Shown: one piece after another, positions 10,521 through 19,883 of the stretch
How the letters are laid out: each line of letters starts with the position of its first letter
Numbering within the stretch: the first letter of the stretch is position 1
DNA from: Clostridia bacterium
Lineage (GTDB): Bacteria > Bacillota > Clostridia > Oscillospirales > CAG-272
Direction: 5' to 3'
Assembly (NCBI GenBank): GCA_017508665.1
Contig: JAFVYL010000040.1
Coordinates: 8,309-72,308 of the forward strand
Length of the DNA: 64,000 bases
Position numbers and translations under genes: made by a program
The notes under the pieces: generated by a model
Database searches by the model: none
What the model saw: the letters and a program-made list of their open reading frames with translations, nothing else
Told to the model about the DNA's origin: nothing

Positions 10521-10772
10521 GTGATAAAGCTCGTATGCGGACTTGCGGTAGTGCTCGGCATCAAATCGGGACTTTCCGCGCCGCTCGTCAGCCTTTTTGG
10601 CAACGAATACGTCGCAAGAGCTGTTAGATACTTCCTTATAGTTGCCTTTGCGGGCGGGGTATGGCCCCTCACCTTCAAGTTCTTCGAAAAGCTAAGAATC
10701 GATCGGCTTGAAAAATTCACCGCATGGGTGGTATCGAAATTCAGCAAAAAGGCTGAAGCTACAGAAGAATAA
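10521..10772 (+). CDS. small membrane protein, in the same frame as the PAP2 gene (probable detached C-terminus)
   Basis: Same reading frame as 9780-10511, separated only by TAG plus 3 codons. It has a GTG start, no obvious RBS, and two predicted TM helices. Confidence 0.4.
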   Translation: MIKLVCGLAVVLGIKSGLSAPLVSLFGNEYVARAVRYFLIVAFAGGVWPLTFKFFEKLRIDRLEKFTAWVVSKFSKKAEATEE

Positions 10773-10784
10773 TTGCATATAAAC

Positions 10785-10827
10785 TGCGCACAGGGTACAA
10801 AAAACGCCCCTGTGCGCAAATATTTTT
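10785..10827 (+). terminator. intrinsic terminator
   Basis: TGCGCACAGGG...CCCCTGTGCGCA stem followed by a T-rich tract. Confidence 0.7.
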
Positions 10828-10835
10828 CAAAACTC

Positions 10836-10864
10836 TTTACTTTTTAAATATTTCGTGCTATAAT
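10836..10864 (+). promoter_or_regulatory. sigma-A-type promoter upstream of nrdR
   Basis: TTTACT, 17 nt, then TGcTATAAT (extended -10). Confidence 0.5.
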
Positions 10865-10906
10865 ATTTGTTGCGAAATATTTTATTTGTATATGAAAGGC
10901 TTTCAT

Positions 10907-11389
10907 ATGAAGTGTCCCGTTTGTAATAATTCAGATTCAAGAGTGCTTGACTCCCGTCCTATCGAAGACGGATCAAGTATAAAGCGCCGCCGCGAATGTC
11001 CCTCGTGCGGTAAGCGTTTTACGACATACGAGGTGATAGAGACGGTTGCGATAAACGTGGTAAAGCGTAACGGCAGCCGCGAGTTCTTCGATGCCAACAA
11101 GCTCGCTCACGGTATCGAGCGCGCGTGTCAGAAGAGACCGGTTGATCCGCTTGCTATAGCCAAGGATATCGAGACAGAGCTTCAGAACGAGCTTGTCGAG
11201 GAGATCACAGCGAGGGATATCGGTGAGATGGTTCTCGCAAGACTCAAAGAACGTGACATAGTATCATATATCCGCTTTGCTTCGGTATACCGTGAGTTCT
11301 CGGATATAGACTCCTTTATGGAGGAGATAAAAAGCCTTGGAAAAAAGGGAAGGAAAAGAGTAGCGAAGCCTGCTCAGACAGAAGAATGA
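10907..11389 (+). CDS. nrdR: transcriptional repressor NrdR
   Basis: MKCPVCNN...CPSCGKRFTTYE zinc ribbon plus an ATP-cone. The start is set at the conserved MKCP. Confidence 0.9.
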   Translation: MKCPVCNNSDSRVLDSRPIEDGSSIKRRRECPSCGKRFTTYEVIETVAINVVKRNGSREFFDANKLAHGIERACQKRPVDPLAIAKDIETELQNELVEEITARDIGEMVLARLKERDIVSYIRFASVYREFSDIDSFMEEIKSLGKKGRKRVAKPAQTEE

Positions 11390-12273
11390 TTAAGAGCATG
11401 ACAGCCTTCGGCAGAGCAAAGCTTGAGGGCGCGGAAAAGGATATAACCGTCGAGATAAAGAGCGTGAACTCGCGCTTCTTCGATTGCTCGGTAAAAATGC
11501 CGAGAGCCTACCTTTCTCTCGAAGAGAGAATTAAGAATTACATACAGAAAAATGCGGTCTCCAGAGCAAAGGTCGACGTGTTCATCACGGTAGACAATCA
11601 CTCCACAGCACCGCAGAAGCTCGATCTTGATGAGGCGTACGCTGAGAGCTACATAGCGGCGCTTTGCGAGCTGCGTGACAGATTTGCCTTGAAGGACGAT
11701 ATCAGTGTGATGAGCGTGGCGAGAAACCAGGACGTTTTCAGAAGTACGAGAGTCGATGCCGATCTTGAGGCAGAGTGGGCGCTCCTTCGCCCTGTGCTTG
11801 ACTCGGCTATTGCAGATCACACCGCTATGCGTACCGCGGAGGGCGAGAAGGCTATTGCCGATATCAACGGCAAGATTGAGCTGATACGCACCTTTGTCGA
11901 CGAGATCGAGGCTATCTCCAAGGAGGATACCGTCGGCTACAGAGATAAGCTCGAGGAAAGACTTCGCAAGATCCTCGCGGACAACTCCGTCGAGATCGAC
12001 GAGGGACGCATACTTACCGAGTGTGCCGTATGGGCAGACAAGATCGCCATAGACGAGGAGCTCGTCAGACTTCGCAGTCACTTCGGCGCGTTTTACGATA
12101 TCGCTGAGGCAAAAGAGCCCTCGGGCAGAAAGCTTGACTTCCTTATGCAGGAGATGAACAGAGAGACAAATACCATAGGCTCAAAGGCGAACAACGCGAG
12201 GATAGCCCGCATAGTTGTAAATATCAAGGGCGAGCTCGAGAAGATCCGCGAGCAGGTTCAGAATATTGAGTAA
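11386..12273 (+). CDS. yicC: YicC-family stress-induced protein
   Basis: MIKSMTAFGRA N-terminus and a C-terminal EMNRETNTIGSKA motif. It overlaps the nrdR stop codon. Confidence 0.85.
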   Translation: MIKSMTAFGRAKLEGAEKDITVEIKSVNSRFFDCSVKMPRAYLSLEERIKNYIQKNAVSRAKVDVFITVDNHSTAPQKLDLDEAYAESYIAALCELRDRFALKDDISVMSVARNQDVFRSTRVDADLEAEWALLRPVLDSAIADHTAMRTAEGEKAIADINGKIELIRTFVDEIEAISKEDTVGYRDKLEERLRKILADNSVEIDEGRILTECAVWADKIAIDEELVRLRSHFGAFYDIAEAKEPSGRKLDFLMQEMNRETNTIGSKANNARIARIVVNIKGELEKIREQVQNIE

Positions 12274-12298
12274 GCCGTGATTGGCGAGGAGACAGAGT

Positions 12299-12568
12299 AT
12301 GATGAAGTTTATCAATATAGGATTCGGTAATATGGTCAGCGCGGGCAGAATAGTTGCCATCGCCTCCCCCGACTCAGCACCGGTTAAAAGACTCGTTCAG
12401 GACGCGCGTGAGGACGGCAGAGTTATCGACGTATCCTGCGGCAGAAGAACGAGAGCGGTTATTATCACCGACTCGGATCACGTTATCCTCTCCGCAATAC
12501 AGACGGAGACTATCACCAACAGACTGTCGAGTGACGAGGCTTATGACAGCGATGATGAGGAAGAGTAA
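12299..12568 (+). CDS. remA: RemA/DUF370 family regulator with an acidic C-terminal tail
   Basis: [20 protein letters not shown]...[10 protein letters not shown] is the canonical RemA core. The tail is [11 protein letters not shown]. Confidence 0.85.
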   Translation: MMKFINIGFGNMVSAGRIVAIASPDSAPVKRLVQDAREDGRVIDVSCGRRTRAVIITDSDHVILSAIQTETITNRLSSDEAYDSDDEEE

Positions 12569-12623
12569 TTCCTCCACTAATTGAGTTTATTAAAATAGGC
12601 ATATACACGAAAGGAACAAAACT

Positions 12624-12887
12624 ATGATTTATCCTACCATTGAAAAGCTCACTCAGGGTGAGTTCAACCGCTATGAGCTCGTTATCGGCGTTGCAAAGGG
12701 CGCGCGTCTTGTTACCGACAAGTACGTTGAGATGAGACAAAAGGCTCAGAAGATGATCGAGAATCACGAGACCGACAAGCCCCTTGCGGCTCTTATCGAT
12801 CCCGAGTACAAGGATCAGAAGGCGGTTAAGATCGCCATCGCAAAGCTCGAGCGCGGTGAGTTCAAGCTCTCTCGCGGACAGGAATAA
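12624..12887 (+). CDS. rpoZ: DNA-directed RNA polymerase subunit omega
   Basis: IEKLTQGEFNRYELVIGVAKGARLV core, 87 aa, in the conserved position before priA. Confidence 0.8.
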   Translation: MIYPTIEKLTQGEFNRYELVIGVAKGARLVTDKYVEMRQKAQKMIENHETDKPLAALIDPEYKDQKAVKIAIAKLERGEFKLSRGQE

Positions 12888-12928
12888 TTCCTGAAAAAAA
12901 GACCATGGAATAATCAAGTAAGGAGGGG

Positions 12929-15178
12929 ATGCTGATGTTTTGCGAGGTATATCTTTTAGATGCGCCGTATCATATCGACAGACCCTTCGACTATTCTTGT
13001 GGGTCAGATACCGTGCCGGGCAATATCGTGCGCGTTCCGTTTGGACGCTCTACAAGACTCGGCGTCGTTACAAGGACCAAGGAGAGTGCCGAGCTCGGTG
13101 AGGGAATAACGGTTAAAGGGATCATCTCGGTGGTCTCGCGCATATTCACTCTGAATGAGGAAATGCTTGGGCTTTGCCGCTTTTTAAAGGAGTACACGCT
13201 TTGTACCTTTGGTGAAGCGGTAAGGACCGTTCTGCCTCCCGGAGCTATCTCCGACAGTCTTAATATCAGGTACAGAAGGACTGCCAGACTTCTCATAGAG
13301 AGGGAAGCGGTCGCCACACTTCTTTCCGCTACGGGAAGAAGCGGTATCAGGAGTGAGGGACAGCGCGCGATCCTCAGATATCTCTCTGAGATAGGCTCTG
13401 CGGATTTTGAGCTGCTCAAGAGAATTCCGTCTGTCACACTCGCCAATATCAATGCCCTTCGCGAAAAGGGTATAATAGCTGTGGATGAGGACGAGGCTAT
13501 CAGAAATCCGTACGCGGAGTATGCAAAGACAAGAGATACCTCCGAAATCGTGCTCAGCCGAGCGCAGAGTGCCGCATATTCTACCATCTCATCGCTTTAT
13601 AGCGAGCAGACCGCAAAAGCGGCTCTTCTCTACGGAGTGACGGGATCGGGCAAAACCAAGGTCATTATGAAAGCGATAGACCGTACCATAGCGGACGGCA
13701 GATCCGTAATTATGCTTGTGCCGGAAATATCGCTGACCCCACAGACCGTGAGTATTTTTTGCTCAAGGTACGGTGAGAGAGTGGCGGTCATACACTCATC
13801 TCTTTCGCAGGGTGAGAGGCTTGATGCGTGGAGAAGGATCAAGCGAGGGGACGTCGATCTCGTTATAGGCACTCGCTCAGCAATATTCGCGCCTCTTGAC
13901 AATATCGGTATGATCGTCATCGACGAGGAGCATGAGCATACCTATAAGTCGGAGAGCGACCCTAAATATCATGCTAAGGATGTGGCAAGCTATAGGTGCG
14001 GCAAGCATAACGCGCTTCTCGTGCTCGCATCAGCCACACCGTCTATTGAGAGCTTCTACAAAGCAAAAACGGGCACGTATACGCTTGTGCCCCTGCGCGA
14101 AAGATACGGTGGCGCGACTCTGCCAAAGGCCGTAATAGTAGATATGCGGGAGGAGCTCAGACTCGGTAATCCGTCTCCGATAAGCCAGAGACTTTACAAT
14201 ATGCTTACCGAGGTCAAGGAAAATGAAAAACAGGCTATACTTTTCCTGAACAGGAGAGGATATAGCAGTCATATAAGCTGCAAGGAGTGCGGAGAGGTGC
14301 TTGAATGTCCGAGATGCTCCGTATCACTTACACATCACACGGGGGGCGGGGTAGCAAGGCTTATCTGTCATACCTGCGGATACCGTACTCCCACACCGCG
14401 CGCCTGTCCGGCCTGCTCGGCTGAGGCACTCTCGTTCCTCGGCTTCGGAACTCAGAAGCTTGAGGCAGAGACGTCAAAGTATTTGCCCGATATGACGCTT
14501 ATGCGCATGGACGCCGATACCACGTCGGGAAAGCTTGCATACGACAGGATGCTTGACGATTTCAGGCAGGGTAAGGCGGATATACTTCTCGGCACGCAGA
14601 TGGTCGCAAAGGGACACGATTTTCCGAGGGTCACTCTTGTCGGAGTTGCCCTTGCGGACACTTCGCTGCACGTCAGTGACTTCCGCGCCTCCGAGCGTAC
14701 CTTCTCGCTTTTAACTCAGGTTATAGGCAGAGCCGGCAGAGCCGCAGACGAGGGCGTTGCCGTTATACAGACCTTCCAGCCGACAAACGAGACTATAAGA
14801 CTTGCTTGCAGGCAGGATTACGACAGCTTTTATGAGGGGGAGATAGCCCTCAGACGTGAGCTTTCATATCCGCCGTTTTGCGATATGGTACAGCTTCTTC
14901 TCACGGCTGACAATGAGGATTTGCTCGCCCGCGCTTCCGAGGGACTTTCTGAACTCGTAAGGTCTAAGCTCGAAGGTGAGTACTCTGATCTTCCGTTTGT
15001 GGTTTACGGTCCGTTCGAGGCTCAGATATATAAGCTCAACGAGAAGTACAGAATGAGAATGATGATAAAGTGTAAGCTTAATTCAAGGACGAGAGGGATG
15101 TTTTCATCGGTTCTTTCGGAGTTTGCCGAGAGGCGAGACGTAACACTCTCGATCGACCTGAACCCGCTTACCGTGTAA
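12929..15178 (+). CDS. priA: primosomal replication-restart helicase PriA
   Basis: Walker A GVTGSGKT, DEEHE box, and the Cys-rich zinc cluster CKECG...CPRCS...CHTCG...CPAC. Confidence 0.92.
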   Translation: MLMFCEVYLLDAPYHIDRPFDYSCGSDTVPGNIVRVPFGRSTRLGVVTRTKESAELGEGITVKGIISVVSRIFTLNEEMLGLCRFLKEYTLCTFGEAVRTVLPPGAISDSLNIRYRRTARLLIEREAVATLLSATGRSGIRSEGQRAILRYLSEIGSADFELLKRIPSVTLANINALREKGIIAVDEDEAIRNPYAEYAKTRDTSEIVLSRAQSAAYSTISSLYSEQTAKAALLYGVTGSGKTKVIMKAIDRTIADGRSVIMLVPEISLTPQTVSIFCSRYGERVAVIHSSLSQGERLDAWRRIKRGDVDLVIGTRSAIFAPLDNIGMIVIDEEHEHTYKSESDPKYHAKDVASYRCGKHNALLVLASATPSIESFYKAKTGTYTLVPLRERYGGATLPKAVIVDMREELRLGNPSPISQRLYNMLTEVKENEKQAILFLNRRGYSSHISCKECGEVLECPRCSVSLTHHTGGGVARLICHTCGYRTPTPRACPACSAEALSFLGFGTQKLEAETSKYLPDMTLMRMDADTTSGKLAYDRMLDDFRQGKADILLGTQMVAKGHDFPRVTLVGVALADTSLHVSDFRASERTFSLLTQVIGRAGRAADEGVAVIQTFQPTNETIRLACRQDYDSFYEGEIALRRELSYPPFCDMVQLLLTADNEDLLARASEGLSELVRSKLEGEYSDLPFVVYGPFEAQIYKLNEKYRMRMMIKCKLNSRTRGMFSSVLSEFAERRDVTLSIDLNPLTV

Positions 15179-15228
15179 AATATATGGACATTTTGTTCGG
15201 AAATACAGAAAAATAGGAGCAGACAGAA

Positions 15229-15684
15229 ATGGCTAAGCTTAAAATAGTAAAATTCGGTGATGAGACACTCCGTAAGGTTTGCCGTCCCGTGGAAGAAATA
15301 ACACCAAGGATCAAGCAACTGCTTGACGATATGATAGATACCATGCGTGCCGCTGAGGGCTGCGGACTTGCCGCTCCTCAGGTAGGAGTTCTTCGCAGAA
15401 TTGCTGTTATCGAGGTTGAAGAAGGGCAGGTATATGAGCTCATCAATCCTAAGATCATAGCCTTCAGCGGTGAGCAGCAGGACAGGGAGGGATGCCTCTC
15501 CAACCCCGGATACGCGGGCATCACAAAAAGACCTATGACTGTTACTGTCAGAGCTATGAACCGCAACGGAGAGATCTATGACCTCACCGGCTCCGAGCTT
15601 ATGGCGAGAGCTATATGTCACGAGTGCGATCACCTTGACGGAAAGCTTTATACCGACGTGCAGATCAGACCTATCAAGGAATAA
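15229..15684 (+). CDS. def: peptide deformylase
   Basis: GLAAPQVG, EGCLS and HECDHLDG motifs. Confidence 0.93.
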   Translation: MAKLKIVKFGDETLRKVCRPVEEITPRIKQLLDDMIDTMRAAEGCGLAAPQVGVLRRIAVIEVEEGQVYELINPKIIAFSGEQQDREGCLSNPGYAGITKRPMTVTVRAMNRNGEIYDLTGSELMARAICHECDHLDGKLYTDVQIRPIKE

Positions 15685-15699
15685 TTCAGAGGTTAAGTA

Positions 15700-16632
15700 A
15701 TGAAAATAATGTTTATGGGTACGCCCGACATATCCGCCACCTGCCTTAGAGAGCTTATCGCCTCTGACAATGAGATAGTTGCGGTAGTTACGGGCAAGGA
15801 TAAGCCTCGCGGCAGAGGTAACGTGATGACTCCCACGCCCGTTAAGGCGTTGGCACTCGAGCACTCGCTCCCCGTGTATACTCCCGACACCCTCAGAGAT
15901 GAGAGCTTCGCAAAGCTTCTTCGGGAGATAGACCCCGAGCTTATCATTGTAGTGGCATATGGAAAGATACTGCCGAAAAACGTACTTGATTACCCGAAAT
16001 ACGGCTGTGTAAATCTACACGTGTCCCTTCTTCCCAAGTACAGAGGAGCTGCTCCCATGCAGAGAGCTATCATCAACGGTGAGAAAGAAACGGGAGTTAC
16101 CGTTATGTATATGGCCGAGGGCGTTGACACGGGAGATATTATCACCGTAGAGAGTTTCCCGATCGGGCCTGAGGACGACTTTGAGGCCATTCACGATCGC
16201 TCCGCTGAGATCGGTGCGAAACTGCTTGTAAAAACTATCCCTCAGCTTGCAGACGGCACGGCAACGAGAACTCCGCAGGATCACTCGCTTGCAACTCATG
16301 CCGCTAAGATCGAGAAGGAAGACTGCAAGATAGATTTTACACGTAGCGCAAGCGTGCTTGACTGCGCTATCAGAGGCGTGACTCCCATTCCCGGAGCTTT
16401 TGCATATCTTAAAGGGAAGATGCTAAAGATATATAAGGCAACGCCTACCGAGGGCAAGGGTATGCCCGGCGAGGTTATCGCCACCGATGCCAAGGGCGTA
16501 GGATCATTCACCGTGGCTTGCGGTGAGGGCGCGCTGAAGATATGGGGCGTTATTCCCGAGGGCAAAGGAAAAATGAGTGCAGGCGATTTTGTCCGCGGCA
16601 GAAAAATTGATCTTGGAGATATACTCGAATAA
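15700..16632 (+). CDS. fmt: methionyl-tRNA formyltransferase
   Basis: MKIMFMGTPD N-terminus and HVSLLPKYRGAAP motif, located downstream of def. Confidence 0.92.
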   Translation: MKIMFMGTPDISATCLRELIASDNEIVAVVTGKDKPRGRGNVMTPTPVKALALEHSLPVYTPDTLRDESFAKLLREIDPELIIVVAYGKILPKNVLDYPKYGCVNLHVSLLPKYRGAAPMQRAIINGEKETGVTVMYMAEGVDTGDIITVESFPIGPEDDFEAIHDRSAEIGAKLLVKTIPQLADGTATRTPQDHSLATHAAKIEKEDCKIDFTRSASVLDCAIRGVTPIPGAFAYLKGKMLKIYKATPTEGKGMPGEVIATDAKGVGSFTVACGEGALKIWGVIPEGKGKMSAGDFVRGRKIDLGDILE

Positions 16633-17333
16633 TGGATATTTTATATTTGCTGTTTCTCTTGACCTTCGTTATGACTCTCATAGTGCAGATCAAGGTTTCA
16701 TCAACGTTTAACAAATTTTCTCACTTCCGTGCCGGCAGCGGCAGGACGGGAGCACAGGTGGCGCGCAGAATACTCGATGCCCACGGTCTTTTTGACGTCA
16801 GGATCGAGCGAGTGCACGGACATCTCACCGATCACTACGATCCTATGGCAAAAGTGCTCCGTCTCTCTGAGAGCGTGCACGATAACGCCTCTCCCTCGGC
16901 TGTAGGCGTTGCGGCTCACGAGGTCGGACACGCGATTCAGCACGCGCAGGACTATGCTCCTGTGAAATGGAGAACAAAGCTTGTTCCGGCGGTCAATTTT
17001 GCCTCCCGCTTCTCATGGGTAGCAATTATGCTTGGTATCATCGTAACCTATGCATCCGGCTTGAGTATAGTTGGAAACTATATTCTCGCATTCGGTATCG
17101 GACTTTTTGCTACTACTACCGTATTCCACCTCGTTACACTTCCTTGTGAGTTTAACGCATCGAAAAGAGCACTCACGGAGCTTGAGCTCTGCGGCTGGTA
17201 TTCGGATCAGGAGCTCGGAATGTCTAAAAAGGTTCTCGGTGCAGCGGCTATGACCTACGTTGCCGCGCTCGCTATGTCCTTCATTCAGCTTCTCCGACTG
17301 CTGACTCTTTTAGGAAATAACAAAAGAGATTGA
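16632..17333 (+). CDS. zinc metallopeptidase (YugP-like membrane peptidase)
   Basis: HEVGHAIQH zinc motif with flanking TM helices. The start overlaps the fmt stop codon. Confidence 0.75.
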   Translation: MDILYLLFLLTFVMTLIVQIKVSSTFNKFSHFRAGSGRTGAQVARRILDAHGLFDVRIERVHGHLTDHYDPMAKVLRLSESVHDNASPSAVGVAAHEVGHAIQHAQDYAPVKWRTKLVPAVNFASRFSWVAIMLGIIVTYASGLSIVGNYILAFGIGLFATTTVFHLVTLPCEFNASKRALTELELCGWYSDQELGMSKKVLGAAAMTYVAALAMSFIQLLRLLTLLGNNKRD

Positions 17334-17335
17334 TT

Positions 17336-18649
17336 ATGAACGTAAGAGAACTAACACTTTCTCTGCTCGGTGACTGTGAAGCAAACGGAAAGTATGTGAA
17401 TCTGTCGCTCTCATCCCGACGCACGGATAAGCTGTCGGCTGAGGAGCGTAGCTTCCTTACCGTCCTTCTGTACACCGTCGCTGAGCGAAAAATTACATAC
17501 GATTACTATATTACTGCGATCTCCGGTCGCAGTCTTGATAAAATAGACCCTACTACTCTCAATATTCTTCGCATCGGTATGTGTCAGATCGTTGATATAG
17601 CATCAGTGCCCGATCACGCGGCTGTAAACGAGACCGTATCACTTGCGAGAAATCCCGGTGAGCGCAGCTTCGTTAACGGAGTTTTAAGACAGGCGGTCAG
17701 ACTTAAGGAGCAGGGAGATCTGCCTTTGCCCAAGAGAGAGAAAAAGGTGTCGAGATACCTCTCGGTTGCCTATTCCTTCCCTCATTGGACCGTGAAGCAT
17801 TTTATTTCTCTATATGGAGAAGAGGCAACGGAGAAGCTTCTTGACCGCTTTAATAACGCACGTTACACCGATCTGACAGTTAATTTAACCAGGATAGATA
17901 AGGAAAGCCTCGCAAGGCTTCTTGAGGGGGCGGGATATACGGTAGAGCCGTCCGTCTGCACGTCCTTGAGCATAAGACTTGCAGGATCTGTAAATCCGCG
18001 GCTTCTTCCGGGCTTTGATGACGGACTCTTCTTTGTCCAGGATTGCGCGTGTGCTATCAGCACAGAGGCGCTCGGTATCAGAGAGGGCGACAGGATAATA
18101 GACGTGTGCGCATGCCCCGGCGGCAAGAGCTTTGCCGCCGCTATAGTGTCGCGCGGTGAGGTGTATTCCTTTGACGTCCACGAGAGTAAGCTCTCGCTTG
18201 TAGAGGACGGGGCAAGGAGACTCGGACTTGACGGTATTACTGTAGGAGAGTGTGACGCTACATGTCCTCGCGAAGAGCTCTTCGGACTCTTCGATAAGGT
18301 GATATGTGACGTGCCTTGCTCGGGGCTTGGAGTTCTTGGTAAAAAGCCGGATATCCGTCACCGTGACAACCAAAGCTTACAAAATCTGCCACAATTACAG
18401 TACGATATACTCTCCGCTTCCGTAAAATACCTCAAGGATGACGGAGTTATTCTTTATTCCACGTGCACTCTTAATCCCGATGAAAACGAGAGAGTTGTTG
18501 AGAGATTCCTCGCTGAGCACACCGGATTTACGTGCGTTGACTTTGCCGTGGGAGACATCAAGTCGGAGGGAGGTATGCTTACGCTTACACCTCATATTCA
18601 CGGCACGGACGGATTCTTTATCGCTAAAATACGTAAGGAAAAAATATGA
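17336..18649 (+). CDS. rsmB: 16S rRNA (cytosine967-C5)-methyltransferase RsmB
   Basis: NusB-like N-domain plus the SAM MTase motifs DVCACPGGKS and PCSGLGV. The ATG at 17336 is preferred over the TTG at 17330. Confidence 0.85.
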   Translation: MNVRELTLSLLGDCEANGKYVNLSLSSRRTDKLSAEERSFLTVLLYTVAERKITYDYYITAISGRSLDKIDPTTLNILRIGMCQIVDIASVPDHAAVNETVSLARNPGERSFVNGVLRQAVRLKEQGDLPLPKREKKVSRYLSVAYSFPHWTVKHFISLYGEEATEKLLDRFNNARYTDLTVNLTRIDKESLARLLEGAGYTVEPSVCTSLSIRLAGSVNPRLLPGFDDGLFFVQDCACAISTEALGIREGDRIIDVCACPGGKSFAAAIVSRGEVYSFDVHESKLSLVEDGARRLGLDGITVGECDATCPREELFGLFDKVICDVPCSGLGVLGKKPDIRHRDNQSLQNLPQLQYDILSASVKYLKDDGVILYSTCTLNPDENERVVERFLAEHTGFTCVDFAVGDIKSEGGMLTLTPHIHGTDGFFIAKIRKEKI

Positions 18650-19710
18650 CCGAAAAACACGATCTTTATTCAATGACTGACACCGAGCTTGAGGAGTATT
18701 TCATCTCACTCGGCGAGCCAAAGTTCAGGGCAAAGCAGGTCTTTCCGCGTCTTGCGGAGGGCACTCCGTTGTCCGAGATGACAAACCTTCCTAAAAAGCT
18801 CAGGGAAAGACTCGAGTCCGAGACTCTTGACACTCTCCCTCGCGTTGAGGCAAAGTTCACTTCAAAAATAGACGGCACGGTAAAATATCTTTTCCGCCTC
18901 CACGACGGTGAGTGTGTCGAGAGCGTTTTTATGCGCTATAAGCACGGAAACACGCTTTGCATATCGAGTCAGGTAGGTTGCCGTATGGGTTGCCGCTTCT
19001 GTGCCTCTACTATCGGCGGTAAGGTGCGCGACCTTCTCCCGTCCGAGCTTCTCGGACAGGTTATTGCGGCATCGCGTGACACAGGTGAGAGAGTCTCTAA
19101 CATCGTAATGATGGGTATAGGTGAGCCTCTTGATAACTTTGACAACGTGGTTAAATTCTTGAAGCTTGTAAACCTCCCCGGCGGTCTTAATATAGGCTAC
19201 AGACATATATCTCTGTCGACCTGCGGAGTCGTTACCGGTATAGATAAATTAGCCGAGGTTGACATTCCAATAACGCTTTCGATATCGCTCCACGCGGCGA
19301 CCGACGAGAAGCGCTCGGCAATAATGCCCGTCAACAACAAATGGAAGATAAAGGATCTTCTCGAGGGATGCGTCCGCTACTACAACCGCACCGGCAGAAG
19401 AATATCCTTTGAATACACCTTGATCAGCGGAAAAAATGACACGCCTGCCGATGCAGAGGAGCTTGCGGCTCTTTTGAACTCCTACTTTAAGCCGATCAAC
19501 GCCCCGATACACGTCAATCTTATCCGTGTAAACGAGGTCAAGGAAACGGGCTTTAAGCAGGGAAGCACGACAGAGGCAAACGCCTTTGCGGCTCTGCTTG
19601 AGAAGAGAGGTATAACCGCAACGGTAAGACGCCGTTTAGGATCGGATGTTAACGCCGCCTGCGGACAATTAAGACGCGCCTCGGTAAATTCAGGTGAGAC
19701 CAAGGTATAA
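18646..19710 (+). CDS. rlmN: 23S rRNA/tRNA (adenine-C2)-methyltransferase RlmN (radical SAM)
   Basis: CISSQVGCRMGCRFCAST radical-SAM cluster and C-terminal AACGQL motif. Confidence 0.9.
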   Translation: MTEKHDLYSMTDTELEEYFISLGEPKFRAKQVFPRLAEGTPLSEMTNLPKKLRERLESETLDTLPRVEAKFTSKIDGTVKYLFRLHDGECVESVFMRYKHGNTLCISSQVGCRMGCRFCASTIGGKVRDLLPSELLGQVIAASRDTGERVSNIVMMGIGEPLDNFDNVVKFLKLVNLPGGLNIGYRHISLSTCGVVTGIDKLAEVDIPITLSISLHAATDEKRSAIMPVNNKWKIKDLLEGCVRYYNRTGRRISFEYTLISGKNDTPADAEELAALLNSYFKPINAPIHVNLIRVNEVKETGFKQGSTTEANAFAALLEKRGITATVRRRLGSDVNAACGQLRRASVNSGETKV

Positions 19711-19822
19711 AGCAATTTCACTTCTCCCACCGAATCTACTCTCGCCGATGCCTCGGTAAATTCAGGTGAGACCAAGGTATGAAGCAATTTCACTTCTCCC
19801 ACCGAATCTACTCTTGCCGATG
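19679..19822 (+). repeat. 72-bp tandem duplication (2 copies, 2 mismatches) spanning the rlmN stop codon
   Basis: 19679-19750 and 19751-19822 are identical except A->G (TAA->TGA) and C->T. Copy 1 holds the last 29 coding nt of rlmN, its stop codon and 40 nt downstream. Confidence 0.95.
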
Positions 19823-19883
19823 CTTTTCGGTTTTCGAGAAAATACAATCCAATTGATTTTACAACACGAAAGAGAGAACTCTA

